The notes beneath the pieces were generated by a model, which was not told the DNA's origin, did no database searches, and worked only from the letters and a program-made list of their open reading frames with translations. A stretch of 45,432 nucleotides of DNA, from the NCBI GenBank assembly GCA_000934665.2, contig KZ538832.1, positions 1 through 45,432 of the forward strand, given 5' to 3'. Positions within the stretch are counted from its first letter, which is position 1. The number at the start of each line of letters is the position of its first letter. The stretch comes from Catajapyx aquilonaris (Eukaryota). The position numbers and the translations under genes are program-made. This document shows positions 11,897 through 25,708 of this stretch, piece after piece.

Positions 11897-14800
11897 CTAA
11901 AACGAACAAAAACATAATTTCCCTCAAATAATTTTATCATCGCCATCCCACGCCGTCCACATTTAAAGGTTATCGGCTAATTATGACAGGCTGAAAGTGT
12001 CGAAGCAACCGTTCATGTGTGACGTGATACTACACAGTAATTACGGCACGAAATTGTCGATGGGAGATAACAGTTTGACCCAAAGCCCTCTATAGAAGGG
12101 AGTATTAGCAGGCTGGAATCATGGTGATACGTTCATACCGATTTTTCCATGTTAAGTAATATTTTTTTTGGCATTGCATAGAAGGGAAAGATTACTACCT
12201 TCATATGATAGATGGCTCCCAAGTTGAGATGAACATGCGGCAGGTTGTCCTGAATTCCCACCGCTTTCTTGTAGCTGTGGACGGCAGCATCGATGTCGTG
12301 TAAGTCCTTGGCAAGGTCGCCGTGTAAGGCGTACAGAGGGGCGCAGTCCAGGTTGTGATTTAAATTGGGATTGGAGCATGCGGGTAATGCCCTCCGGAGT
12401 AGTTGTGCGGCCTCTCGGGTCCGGTTAAGTTGGCCCAGAAGAGACGCCAGCTGATGAAGGGCCTCTCTGGGACAAGGAAGGGAGCCATCATCGTCCTCGT
12501 CATCATCAGACGAGAGTAATCCCACCCCTTTAACCAGGCTACTCAGCAATCCCTCTGCCTCAGCATACAGCCGCTGGTGGAATTTTGCTTGGGCCTACGA
12601 ACAAACGAAAATTGTTGAGAATAATTTGTCTCTCTTTTGTCCCATTTGTAAGCCATTGACAAACTCACCAGATGCACTTTAGCCAGAGTGTCATTTGGTC
12701 TGGCATCCAACACTTCCTGGAACAGTCGTTCAGCCTGCGAGGCTCGACCAGTGTGCAGATAGAGGACTCCAAGTCCTTCCTTCACTTGAGGATCAGACTC
12801 CTTCTCTAGGGCCCTGTCATTATGGCAGTGTTAGACACCCACTTTCTGACCCCCAAACTGTATCAACGCACCTTTGGTAGAGTGACTCGGCATGATCATT
12901 GAGTCTGAGTTTCCTCATGAGTCTGGCAGCATTCACAAGAGCTACCGTGTGGTTGCCATTAATTTTTAGCGCTTTTTGGTAGTAGCTCAGGGCTTCGTGG
13001 AGTCGTCCTGTACAATTTGTTACCGTTACCTTATGTCAAAACTCAAGGTTGGGTTATTGATACCTGTCTTTTGAAGGATGGCGGCGTAATTATTCAGGTG
13101 GTCGGCATTGTCGGCGTCGGCCAACAGGAGCTTTCTGTGCAGCTTTTCTGCCCGCTCCGGTTGGCCGACGTCGGCATACATGGTTGCCAAGTTGGTCACG
13201 GCGTCCGGGTTGGATCCGTCCAACTCCACGGACCTTTCCATTAGCGCCATTGCCAAGAACAATTGGCCCTCCTGGCTGCAAAAGATGCATGCATGCATTT
13301 TATTACAATAGAAAGTTGTGTACTTTCATACTTCGAGGCTGTTTTGCATGGCTTTGAAAAAGTTGGAATTAGTGTGGGGTAACCGGTAGTTGCTCCACAA
13401 GAATGCGAAGCATAATTAAGTTAATGGCCTCTAAACTGAATGAATATGGAAAGCGGGTTTGATTTCGGGTAAACTGAACCTTCATATTTTTCAGTTTTAT
13501 TTTTTGTAATCAGGATGCATGAGATTAATCAACCTGTTTAATCGATGCTATCTCCTGATATTGTCATATCAATCTATTTGCTACTGGGAAACAAGCTGTT
13601 TCAGTTTATTACATTTCCTTGCTTTACATAATTTCTGGATGAGAGACTTATTACGACATGCGGGGGCAATTCGTTTTGGTGCTGTCCCAATTGTGACGCC
13701 GTAACAATGCATACTATCCAAAAATGAGGTAGAATATTTGCTTCTTATTATACATAGATCCAGTTATCGCCCTCTCTGACTATATGAGAAGGTTACTGAG
13801 CATCCTGAATGTATTTCGGCCACTGACACGTAAACAATATTAGTAGTCTACATCTCCCGTTTACTCTGTCATTGTCACATGTGGTGATGTCATTATTTTT
13901 TAGTGAACTAAATTGACCACATCGTATGCTGTCCATAATATTAAGGATTAAAGTAGGAGTCTCCATCACGGGTGAAGTGTATTACTCGTGTGTATGTTTG
14001 CAATTTAATGAGATACATACACACTAGCTCCAAAAATTTAGACACATTACTTGTTTCATTTAAAATACTGTAAGAGTGTAAGTTATATAAAATGCATTTT
14101 GGGTCGTGTTTCTCTCCAATTGAAAATTTAATGTGTTGCAGTAGTGAAATTATTAGCGGAATTAATGTTTTGTTTACTTTACTCCCACGCGTGATGGGCA
14201 ATTAGCGTTATATTGATGAACGTAATCATTGATTAGCATATCTCTTAATAACATGAAATATACCAAACACCTTACCATAACATCAAGAAAGTAACACCTG
14301 TTTTGCGTACTCATTAGACATTTCGTTATCGATATAAATTCCGGTATTGAAAAATTCCATTTTAATTAAAACGCATTTAATTTCGGATTTATTTCAACGC
14401 GTACCAGCATTTACAAGAGTGTTCACAAGCGCAAGATATTTCAGGAATCATTTTTCATTTTTTAAAAGGAAGCGTCTTATTCAGCGACATTACAAGCACT
14501 CTCAGATGAGTAATGAGGTTTGTTCTAGTACTAACCTGTGGAAGTAATGAAGAGAAAGGAACACACACAAAAGGAACGTGAAACCTAATGACATAACATC
14601 ATGAACATTGTAACGTAAGAATATCTTGCCTCTCTCAACACAATAGCATTAATTCAGCTGGTAATGAAATTGTCTGGTGACACAACGCGAGTCAAGAAGG
14701 AAGAAAGGCATGAAATCGAGTCGCAGAAAGGGGAAGGAATAAAACAGCATTATTTCTCATGGAAATAAATTGGCAATCAGAGAGAGCGCTGAGATGATGC

Positions 14801-17800
14801 TAGAGTAAGCATGAAAAATGAAACCAGATGCAGGCCGGGCGAAGGAGAAAAATCAAAGATAAATGGTACTTGAAGAGAGAGGGGGGAGGGAGGGAGGGAG
14901 GNGGGAGGGAGGGAGGGAGAGAGGAAAAGTATACCACTGGAGATCCATATTTCAATTCCTCTCCACAGACTGGCCTTCTTTTCCTCCCACTTCCCCCGCT
15001 TCTACTTGACAAACAGTTTATTTGTTCATTCGTCATCGTCAGATTCAACCAGCCCGTGATGCTGGCTTTCCCACAACGGAAATCCGACCAGGTTGTCATC
15101 ATTTATCTTGCCCACTTGATACTGTATTAATAATCACTTATGAGAGACATCAAGCGGCACTTTTGCGAAATATCTGCGCTAATAGGCATGTTATCTGCTT
15201 TGCTAATCACATGAACGAGTTGGAAACATGTGCTCATTTGGGGATGAGTCGGCCATGCGTAATTTGGATCATTAAATTTGCAACTATTCTGGCTGATAAA
15301 TCCGCAAAAATTCTCCCGTTCATTTGCTCGCCACAAAAAACTATGCCCATTTTTAACCCCTGGTGAATTTCCGCAAATATCCAGGGGGCCTCAGGCGCCA
15401 TATCATGCTCTGCAAGTGCCATGAGATATTTAGAAGTCCTATCAAGCGAAATATTTAGCGTATCCACAGCATGGGGAGCCTTCAGGGTCTGGATGCATCG
15501 CAACAACAAGCCTCCAGTGCTACTCCCAAACACTCCTTAAAGGGTGGTATCCACTGCTCAATATCAAGGGGTTTCAACCCGTTCAACCCCTTGATATTGA
15601 GCAGTGGAGACCACCCTTAAAACCAGAGTTTTATGCAAGAATGGAGTCTGATGGGAAACTGTTAGAGTGGCGTTTCTCAACCGCTGTAAAGCACAGCGAC
15701 ATACTCTACATGCAACATGCTATTTTTTCAATCAAAGTAATCAGGCGTATTGATACTCACTATTTGAGATTGGCCAAATTGAAGTAAGCGTGAGCGTGCT
15801 GTGGGTTGATCCGTATGGCTTCGTTGAAGTGTAGCTCAGCCTGAGCTGAATCGTTCAGAAGGGTCCCCAGATTGTTGTGGGCACTGGCGTGGGTAGTCCA
15901 CAATCTGTTTAGAAAGAACATACCCCATCATTTATTCTAACGTCTTTTAATCTTGCAGGTGACCAACAGACCAGATTTGGCCCTCTAGCTTATTGGTTAA
16001 GACCGGTGCGGTCTATCTGCATGAATCTTGGCCAGTCAAATAAAGCTGGTGCAATGCGAATAAATTCATTTGTTACGGAAACTAAGGGCCGGTTTCACCG
16101 AGCTCAGTATATGATAAAACCAGGGTATTTCTCAAAATCCCTATCTATTTGTATGGATTTTCCTAAAGAAACCTGGTTTTATCATATACCAAGCTCGGTG
16201 AAACCGGCCCTAATTCAATATTTCCCTATCCAAAATTTGGTGCAGATAGAGTGAAGCATCAATATACAGTGCAGACTCCGTAGCTCCAAGTAATAATGCC
16301 GGCTTGCAGTGCTATTTTGATTGCAGAAGTTTCCGCATAGAATTCTCTTTTGCAGTGCGCGCTAGTTTGTACTCGCATTTAAAGCGCGATTAGAGCTCTT
16401 TGCGGCTGGATGGAAGGGGGTGGAGAGGTCCAGGAGGGGGCATCCGGCCCTGTACAAGAACATTGTCCCGCCGACGTCATTAGATCGTTGTCAGCTAATG
16501 ACAGAAGATGGAAATGAAGCCATAAAGTAAGTTTATGGCAAGAAATAGACCGGAAGGGATCATCAGAAATGGCCCTATAATTACATCGAGCTGGAGGCAC
16601 TAGTACTTTCGGTTTGGAGTGAGTGTTAGGGAAGGGAGGATATGAAGAGTTGGTGAAGGGGGAGGGGCGTAGACGCAATCATCATCCGGAGGGCAATGAT
16701 GTCGTTGAGAAGCTTACTCATTAGCATAGTTTCAAACTGCATCGGCCTAGCTTGTGGGGAGGAGATTTGACCCCCATCTGGTTTCGCACAACAAGCCAAA
16801 CATCATCAATTCGGCATTTCCCCCTCTCCCTCCCTCCCTCCCCGGCGACCTTTCCACCCACATCCTCCCCTATCCACCGCCCATCCCCCAACATCCTGCT
16901 CTGGTTTGAGGTGTGGCTTTTAACGTAATTACCCAACCCAATTTCCATTCCCACGGAAATAAGTTTCGTCTCATTTGAAACGTGTATTTTCCCAATGGTT
17001 GCTGTGGGGGCCATCTGAGGTTTTGTTTATTTACTGTGAATTATATTGTAGGGAACTCGCTTGAAACAAGCGGGTTGAAGTGTTTCACAGGCATCTGGTG
17101 AAGACTCTACTCCCTGCATTTGTATTATATACGACTGCCTACAAATATTTTCTCAATATTGTGCGAGTTGGCTGATTTGCCAAGAGATGGTGGGATGCGG
17201 GGATGACAGGTGGGGACCTGGAGGGAGGATTCTAGTGTTGTAGATCAGTCGTGAGACGGCCTCGGTAGAGGCTGGTTCTAAAAGAACAGGTTGTTGGTAA
17301 CCTGCAAATATGGACTACGACCCTGAGGGACCAGTCAGTGTCTGGAGTGATGACGTGGGAAGGTCAGATCCCACAAAAGTTGGCTTGATTATAAATTGAC
17401 CGTTCATATGACACATGTTCGCCATAACTGTGTCTCTGTATAAATGTAACGGAAGTACTTGACAAAGAAGAGAGATTTGTTCTTAGATATTTTAAAAATA
17501 AACTCCAGTATGAAAGAGTGCTATGGGAGTCAACCATAACGCCTGGTTGATATAAGCCAATCGTAAAGCGAGCTCCATTAAGAGATCGATACGCCTTAGG
17601 TGATCGCTTTCCGAGTGTCGCCGCCCACACCTTCCGTTTCCTCACGCCCCTATTGATTCGTGTATCTCCATATGGACTTCATCTGATACGTCAGAATTTG
17701 AAAAATGTAATTACCACATGAAGGATAGAGCCAATTAATGGTCTCCCGCCTTCTTTGGTGAGAAACCCCACTGAGCTTCCATAATCGCTGAAGCTAAAAA

Positions 17801-20800
17801 TATGCGCTGTTGTACAGCACCCCTTTATGGAAGCGATAGTGCCGGTGGAATAAATTACTACATTCAAGCTGGATAGATATCAATAAATGTATGGCACTTT
17901 TCCTTCATCAAAAGGGAAAGAAACCAGAAGAAGTTGAAATATTTTTATGGAATGCTCTATATGGCAATAGGTTGATCTTGAGCATGATCACTTTTTGGGC
18001 AGTTGGCCAGTGCTGAAAGGATCCGCCCGAAAAATAGTAGGCTACAGCACGGTACGGTGGGCAAGGAAGGCTAGTTCGCGTTGACAAGCCCATAAAAGCT
18101 TGAGAAAGAGGACATGCTTGCATTTGAGAGGGGTCATCATTATGTCCGCATTCGCCTCCCACTAGACCGCCCAAAATAAATGGGCCCGTTTTGTGGCCGG
18201 ATCATTCCCGGCCGGTCAATAAGGCCCGGGCCATCACCCTTGCAGATGATCCTTTCCCATGCTTCCCAACCTCACGCCCAATTGCATCCACCATAGGATG
18301 TGCCTATCAACTTTTCTTGCCCCATTCTGAAATTAATCCAACCGCAAAATAACCATATTTATCGTTTAAATCTGACGATTAAGTATACTATTCTTGCTAC
18401 ATGCATTTATAGTCCACTGCTCGTATAAGGAAGCGATAAAAATGGAGGACTCGAGCCAGGCCTAGCTAGGGCTAGCTGGTTATTGGAAGAGTGTGGCATC
18501 CTGTTACACGTCCGGGTGACTCCATCCGGCAGTAATAATATTCTGGCCAACCCTCAAATATATGGATCTACATGAGTTCTTAGGGGTCCTGTGGAAGCCC
18601 AGCAAGGCTCCAATATTGGCCCAGCGGCAGCAGCCGCCATATTCCCATTTTTTACTTGGTGGCGTCAATTATCCCGCGCTGCACCTCCGTCGGCACATAC
18701 AAGCACCAGGAAAAACGTGAGCTTGACAGCTCTTTTTTTATCCTGTCACATCAAAGGTGGAGCTACCAACATTGCGCTCTTCAAATTAGTTCCACGGGAG
18801 GTCCTTTCACGGTGTTTCGGTAGAGTCGTCACTGGGGAAACTCTCTTTCAGTGGAACGCGAGGTGTTACTACTCGCCGGATTTGGTCACTTGGATGCGAA
18901 ACTCACAGGTTGGCTGGAAGTTGACTATGAGCATACTCCTGGCAGACTGATGGGGGTCAGTGCTGCCTATAGGTGGTCAGAGTCTACTGGAGCTGGTAGT
19001 GTCTCATGAGAGAGGGAAAGATTCTTGCGATTTTTCAGGAGGTTTTCGACATTTTTATACACAGCTCCATTACTGTGCTCCAATAGTAATTTTGTAGAAA
19101 GGAAAATGGAACAAATCGATATACTTTCCAGATGTCATCAATCAAAGGTAATAGTCCCTGGGTTGTGCACTTAAATAGCGTTTAGGGTAAATGCACACTT
19201 CAGCTCCAATTCCGTTTTCAAATGAAACATTTGGTGCACACTTCCCTTTCCACACATTTTGGTGGTACGTGAACCCCAGCCCAGCTGTCATTTTGAAACA
19301 GGTTGCCATTTGCGCGATTTCTATGACACTGGCGTGTACTATTCTTTATCACCATTATACATGTGTAGCGGCTGATTTAAAAAACCCTCATGCGTTGCCA
19401 TAGCGACGGAAAGCTCATTATGTGAGTAGGGGACTGGCAGGGCCCACACAAGTACTTTTAGGTAAGAAACGTGGAAAATAAGCCTGCCTTTTTTGCTTGA
19501 AATTAAAGCGCGAGAGATTGGTATAGCAATGCGATTCAGGTCATATCAAATAAAATTTGAATGTATATTTATCAAGGACGCGCATTCAACCCTCTTTCTT
19601 TAACTGCTCGTAAACAAAACTTTTTAAATTATTCTAATCAACTTGCTACTTCTACATTTTCATTCGCAAAGTAAATATAAGTTACATTGAAGAACAGTCA
19701 AAACGTAGTCTGCTCGAGTCAGTCTTGAAGCGAATTACCTTCTTATATCGATGAATGTACACTACAGTACACCTAATGGCCGTGAATAATTCCCGGAACA
19801 GTGATGTAGATCATGTGACGGATGATTGTATGCTGTCCTTAAGAAGCTACAGAGATAGAGAATTCCTGTGTCTGAGATCAGGAAATTGCGCTTTAGTTTA
19901 CTCGAACACCGAAAGAATCCATCGTAACCCTTTCCCATATGAGAACATTCTCTGTCCTGTCCGGAAATCGAATGCCGGGCCATGAGATAGTATGGCATGT
20001 CTTAAAACTACTACGCCACCCTGCCGACGAGGGAGGGTTAGGTTCCAGCAAAACAGGGTCGTAAAATAGAAAGTTAGACAAAACGAGGCCTACCTGTATT
20101 TACCTATAAACCCTGCCACAATGCATCACGAAAAACAAAAGAATCTTTTATACTGTAGTGTGTTGGGACCACGGTTGGGACTCACAAGTGTTGCCAAGAG
20201 TGTTGCAGTGATGTGTTTGTTTGTATTTTTTCCCCCAATTTATTTTAACGTCGGAATGTGATTTTGAAAAGGCCGTTAATGTGAAACGTCGTAAATGGAC
20301 CATTGTAAATGGGTGACTTCCTGTTTGGTATTGCTCATGTATTGTACAACTTAATGCTAGCTCAGTTAGTTTTAATTTAATTTAAGTAAACGCTACAACT
20401 CAAGGTACAAATGATGTGAACAACAGGTATTAGCATTATTGTGACAGTGCTAAAAATTCCTTCACAATGTGTCAAATCGTGATAATTATGCAAAGGAGGT
20501 TGCTATTATTATCTATGCAGTGTATAGCACATGATGCTGTACTGTACTAGGCGGTAACAGAGCGAAGTGTTACAGTTGTGGACAACAAATAAGTGATATA
20601 AGGTACTTGATAAATTACATACTGTTGTATATTATGTAGTATGTCACAGAAAAACCTTCGAGCTATAATATAGACAATTTTATATTTTAACGAGTGTGCC
20701 ATGTAAAAGTGGTCAATATGTTTGCAAATAAGTAACTGAATTCCATATCCGGTGCAATATCCTATTGTGGTATTTCCTTATAAATTTTCCACTACAAAAT

Positions 20801-23800
20801 AGAGGAAACCATTTTCGTAAAAAAATAATGTTACAACGTTCCATCGCAGCAAGATTCCATAATATTGGGTGGAATGGAGAGCAAATTTCATTTGGATCCT
20901 TAAAGGAAAGGGGCTCTTATATAACAGGATATAGCATAACAGCGATCAAGTGGATGCGGATCGAGAAATATGCATGTAGTCCGAAGGTAAATGGATTTGT
21001 TGCCTGGTGACAAGATGAAAAACGTCAATTGGTTCAAAACGCATGGGCAGCATTTACGAAAATTTATTTTTGTGGAAGCAGGTTCCATTATTACACAACT
21101 TCCTTTTTACCCGCGATGCATTTACCTTCCTGCTTATTTCGTAATATCTACTCGAGTTTTTCAAAGACAAATGGTGGTTCTAAGAATTTGGAGGAAGGCG
21201 ACGGCAATCCCGAGCTTAAAGGGATCAATATATTATATAATCGTGGTGCGAACGTTACCGCTCCTGAATTCGCATCTCGCCTCCTTCCTCAAAGCTAACT
21301 AACTGTGCGAAAGGTGGAAAATATTTTGTTTCCCCCTTTAAGATGCCTTTGAGGCATAGTCAAATGAAAAGTCGACAGTTGTCATACTGGCGGAAACACC
21401 TCGCAAAAACTAGAGAGCATCAGCATTCATAAACGGGCTGTAAAATTAACCTTGCGCAAACCTAATTACTGAATATAACGTGATGACTGATGAGAGACTG
21501 TTAGTGAAGTAACGTGGTTTCGAAAATGTCATAATATCGTAATTAACTTACATTCAAACGTGAAGAAAGGAAAGGTAGTGCACGTTTGTAGTTAAACGTC
21601 GGGAGCAGGTTAGTATAAGGAATCGTTTGCATAAATTACAGTAAAGGAAGCAGGCTTAGCATTATTTCTCTCTTTGTACTAGTACTGGATCCTTGCCGAG
21701 GGAGCCGGTCGTATTTCTCCGAGGATTAAGAAAGTGCAGCACAGAAATTACCCCCCAGACCGTAAATATTTCCTTCCAACTTATAGCTGGACCTTTTACA
21801 AGGCAGATAACACTAGTTTGGAGAACAAGCTTCTATCTCAAATCTTGTTAGTCTACCCGGATCAGACAAATGAGCCAATCTCGCTCTGTGCATTGCAGTA
21901 GGCCTTCACTTTGTTTGAGGGTGCACGCCAGGGCCGTACGCAGGGGGGGTTGGGGGGTTCAAACCCCCCCCCCCCNNNNNNNNNNNNNNNNNNNNNNNNN
22001 NNNNNNNNNNNNNNNNNNNNNNNNNNNNNNNNNNNNNNNNNNNNNNNNNNNNNNNNNNNNNNNNNNNNNNNNNNNNNNNNNNNNNNNNNCCCCCCCCCCC
22101 CCCCCACCAGAAAAAAATTCCTGGATCTGCCACTGTTAGGACTAATGGGAGGTCAAGGAGGATTCGACTGTAGTTTGTCAGTTACATTCACCTAGACTTG
22201 CGTAACCTTGAACAACAACAAAAAATTTCGCCTGCGGCGGGATGTCTGTGTGTGTGGGGGGAGCAATCAGGTAACGAACCCCCCCGAACAAAAATCCTGC
22301 GTACGGCCTTGGTGCACGCTTGTAAATCTGAGAACATTGCAGTCTTAATTTCATGCACATGGTGGTTTGAAAGTGACAATATTGATATGAGTTAATAACT
22401 ACTTCATTTAGGCAGTATTTTCAAGCCTGCTTGGCCTTGGCGGAGTGGTGAGGATGGCATACACTTCAGGATAAACCTGATTCAGATCTGGTACAGTACC
22501 CTCACTGTGCTGGCCATGGTCTTAGAATACTAAGGTCTGGACACTCCCTCTTATCGCCTGCCGGTGCGTTTTGCATGAGGTGCTCACTTGAGAGCGCCAT
22601 GAGACAGCTTTTCATTGCGCTATTATGTGGCGAGTGGCGACCCTACCGGACTACGCCGAACTAAGGTAGGAGAGAAGCCGCTACATGCGGGCCCAACAGG
22701 GTCGCCGGCGGCCATGTTGGGTCCCCCAATGTAGCGCTTCCCTTTCGTACCTATAAAGTTCAGCGTAATCCGGTAGGGTCGCCACATATCAGTGCAGTGA
22801 AAGGTCTCATGGCGCTCTCAGGTGAGCACCTCATGCAAAACGCCCCGGCAGGCGATAAGATAAGATTGTAGGGGAAGTGTCCGGGGGCTGGTGCTGGCGA
22901 TTGGATGGTCCAAAATGGAAGAAACACTATACAGAAAGTAACTGCTTACAAATAAGAAACTGTCTTTTTAAAAAAAAAATACCCCGTGATAGAGCCAGTG
23001 GCTCTCTTAGGGGGGAAGGGGGTGGTTCCCTAGGGAGGGCGCTGAAATTTTCAGTCATTTCTGACTTATGAAGATACACCAGGCCTTTTCTACTGGCCCC
23101 GGGCAGATAGGGAGTGAAATTCTGCCCCGGCATGTCGGTGGAAAAGCGGAAAAAGACCCGGCCAAGCAGAGGTGACGGGGACGGGATTTGAACCCCGGCC
23201 TCCCGCTTGGCTGGCCAACGGCGTAAAGGCCATTTCACAAAAAAAAATGTCGCGCGGCAAACGGCGCGCGTTGCGGCAAATTTTTTATTTATATTTATTG
23301 TTGCCAATTGTTGGCAATAATAAATATAAATAATAAATTTGCCGCAACGCGCGCCGTTTGCCGCGCTACATTTTTTTGTGCAATGGCCTTAACCGTTAGA
23401 CCACCATGCCGCCCTACAAATAAGAAACTTAGCGTGCAAACCGAAGCGGACATGATATGAAAATACATTTTCAAGTGAACCTGCATTATGACGCATTAGA
23501 GGTGGTGTTGATACATGTGCTTGTTGCCATTCACAGGTTATTTTCCCCATCGCCGTGTAAGCGGAACACGATGCCTGCAGCGAAAGCGAGTATTTATCGA
23601 CGCCCTTCCATCCATCCATCCTGCAGGGTATGTAATTTCATCCTCCATAAAGGTTGGTCGCTGGGAAATGAAATCGCAATCGTATTTGGAGCCTCTTTGA
23701 CTTAGTCGGGGAGTCCCCGGTAACCGCATCCAGCTCAGGTAATGAATCTGGGGGATCCATCAAGCAACTTGGTAAACGGTTTTAAGAGGAGATCAACTTT

Positions 23801-25673
23801 CTGGTAATCTGAAATCCATAAACCGGAAGCTCACGTTTGCACTTTTTCGCAAGTTTGCCCCGCCTAGGAATAATGGCGGCGTATAGAGTATAAGTGGTAG
23901 GGACGGAATCTCGTTGGGAGATCGCCAAAACGATGCCAAGGAGGAATCCTCTTTCCAAATGAGAAGGCAATAATCAGTTCGAAGTTTTTGATAAGGAGAG
24001 CGGGAAACATTTCCTCTTTATTACACTTTTATTTCCTCTTCGGGCGCCCTGTTTTCCCTGCACCTTGGATTTTCCCGCCTTAGCGACGGCAGTAATGGAA
24101 AATTGTTTTCAGAGATGCTCGCCCAAAGTTCGCGGGTTTTAGGAAATGAACAGTCGTTTTTGACCTATCTCTCCTCTACTTAGAACCTCGTGAAATACTA
24201 ATTTCATTCCCGAATGCCGCGGATGGAAGAAAATGCTGCCATCCCTTATAACTACACAATTTTCCGGAACATACTTCACCTTAATGAGATGAGAATCGCT
24301 CATTTTTATTTCTGTTGTGTAACATACAGTATATCGTGGTGGGTTTTATTATTGCTTGGCGAGCTCAGAGGTATTAATTTACTTTTAAACGTTCTTGTAT
24401 TTCATGAAATTTATTTATTATTGTTATCAATGTGGCTATTCAAGGAGAGAATTTATGGATTATGTTACTCTCAGGACTCGGAACTGGTAAATCGATTTTT
24501 CATTCTGCATTGGTTATGAAAATAAGTCGTTAATCATCTAAATACAAGTGATGCACCTTCTGAACATTACCGGCTGTAATCCATTACAAAAGTTTCCGCA
24601 AAGTTTACACTTTGCTCCATTCTTTATTGCTCGGCATTGTGTGGAGGCAAAAACTTGAACAACATTTTGCAACTCAGTGGCGTCGTTGAATCCTGAAGTT
24701 ATTTTTTCTCTTACTACTTACTGAGATGCTAAACTTCATCAAGTTCGTTAACGGATCTGTCCCAGGATTGATTTTGTTATTCACCACTATCAAGTATGCT
24801 GTTCCTAATGATAAAAAATTAACCTAGTTAAAAATACATGTATTCTGAGTTGGGCTTGATTTTCACGAGTGCGCTATTTTCTTTTTTCTTTTCAAGTGAA
24901 CAAAGGAACCGCTGCAAACCATAGAGTCTTTTATACTTTCATTCTTAGAGCAATGACACTCAATTTGTTATACTGTATCACATATTATGTGATAAGTTAT
25001 AAAAAATTGAGTGTCATTGCTTATTATATTATATTATTGCTCAATTATACTTCACGGGACGATTTTTAAATAAAACCAATTCTGATTGCACAAAATGGCA
25101 ACACTTCAAACGTGGTATGCCAACATTTGAGGAAAAAATAATGAATGCGCACATGTCAATTTCACTACAGTTCAGTTTTAGTGGGGGGAAAAACTTGGAC
25201 CTGATTTACCAAGGCCTCAAAAATTATGCCAATCAAATCCTTGAAGCCTTCTATAGTAGTACGGTAGATAGGTGAAATATTTGGAAGAATTGCGCTATTG
25301 ACGATAGAAGCATAACATTTGGCACACTTTTAGACAACACCCTAATGGACGCTTTTGGAAGTGAGGCCACCTCAGATTTTTCCTGTAACTAAATTGGCAG
25401 CCATTTTTCAAAATGGCAACTAGATGTCATGTAAACGTTTTATTTTTTGCAGCTATTCATGTTCAATCATTTAGTTGTGGCTATGCGATTACTAAATTAG
25501 AAGTAAAACTTACATTATATTAGTAAAAATATAAAGCATAATATTATATTATAATAATGTTTATATTCATAATTTAAACATACTAGGCCTATATTATCGT
25601 TCTATTCTTGTAAAATTTTGTGATATCATTGACGCCCTCCCCCAGTGGCCACTGTGCCAATCGGAATAATTAA

Positions 25674-25708
<35 letters not shown>

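Noticed and set aside
20765..21302. Cluster of overlapping ORFs in the large intron, a possible nested gene
   Set aside because: No recognisable domain or consistent splice structure.
21862..22195. ORFs with poly-X, poly-G or poly-P
   Set aside because: Artefacts of the N gap and the homopolymer runs in the hAT MITE.
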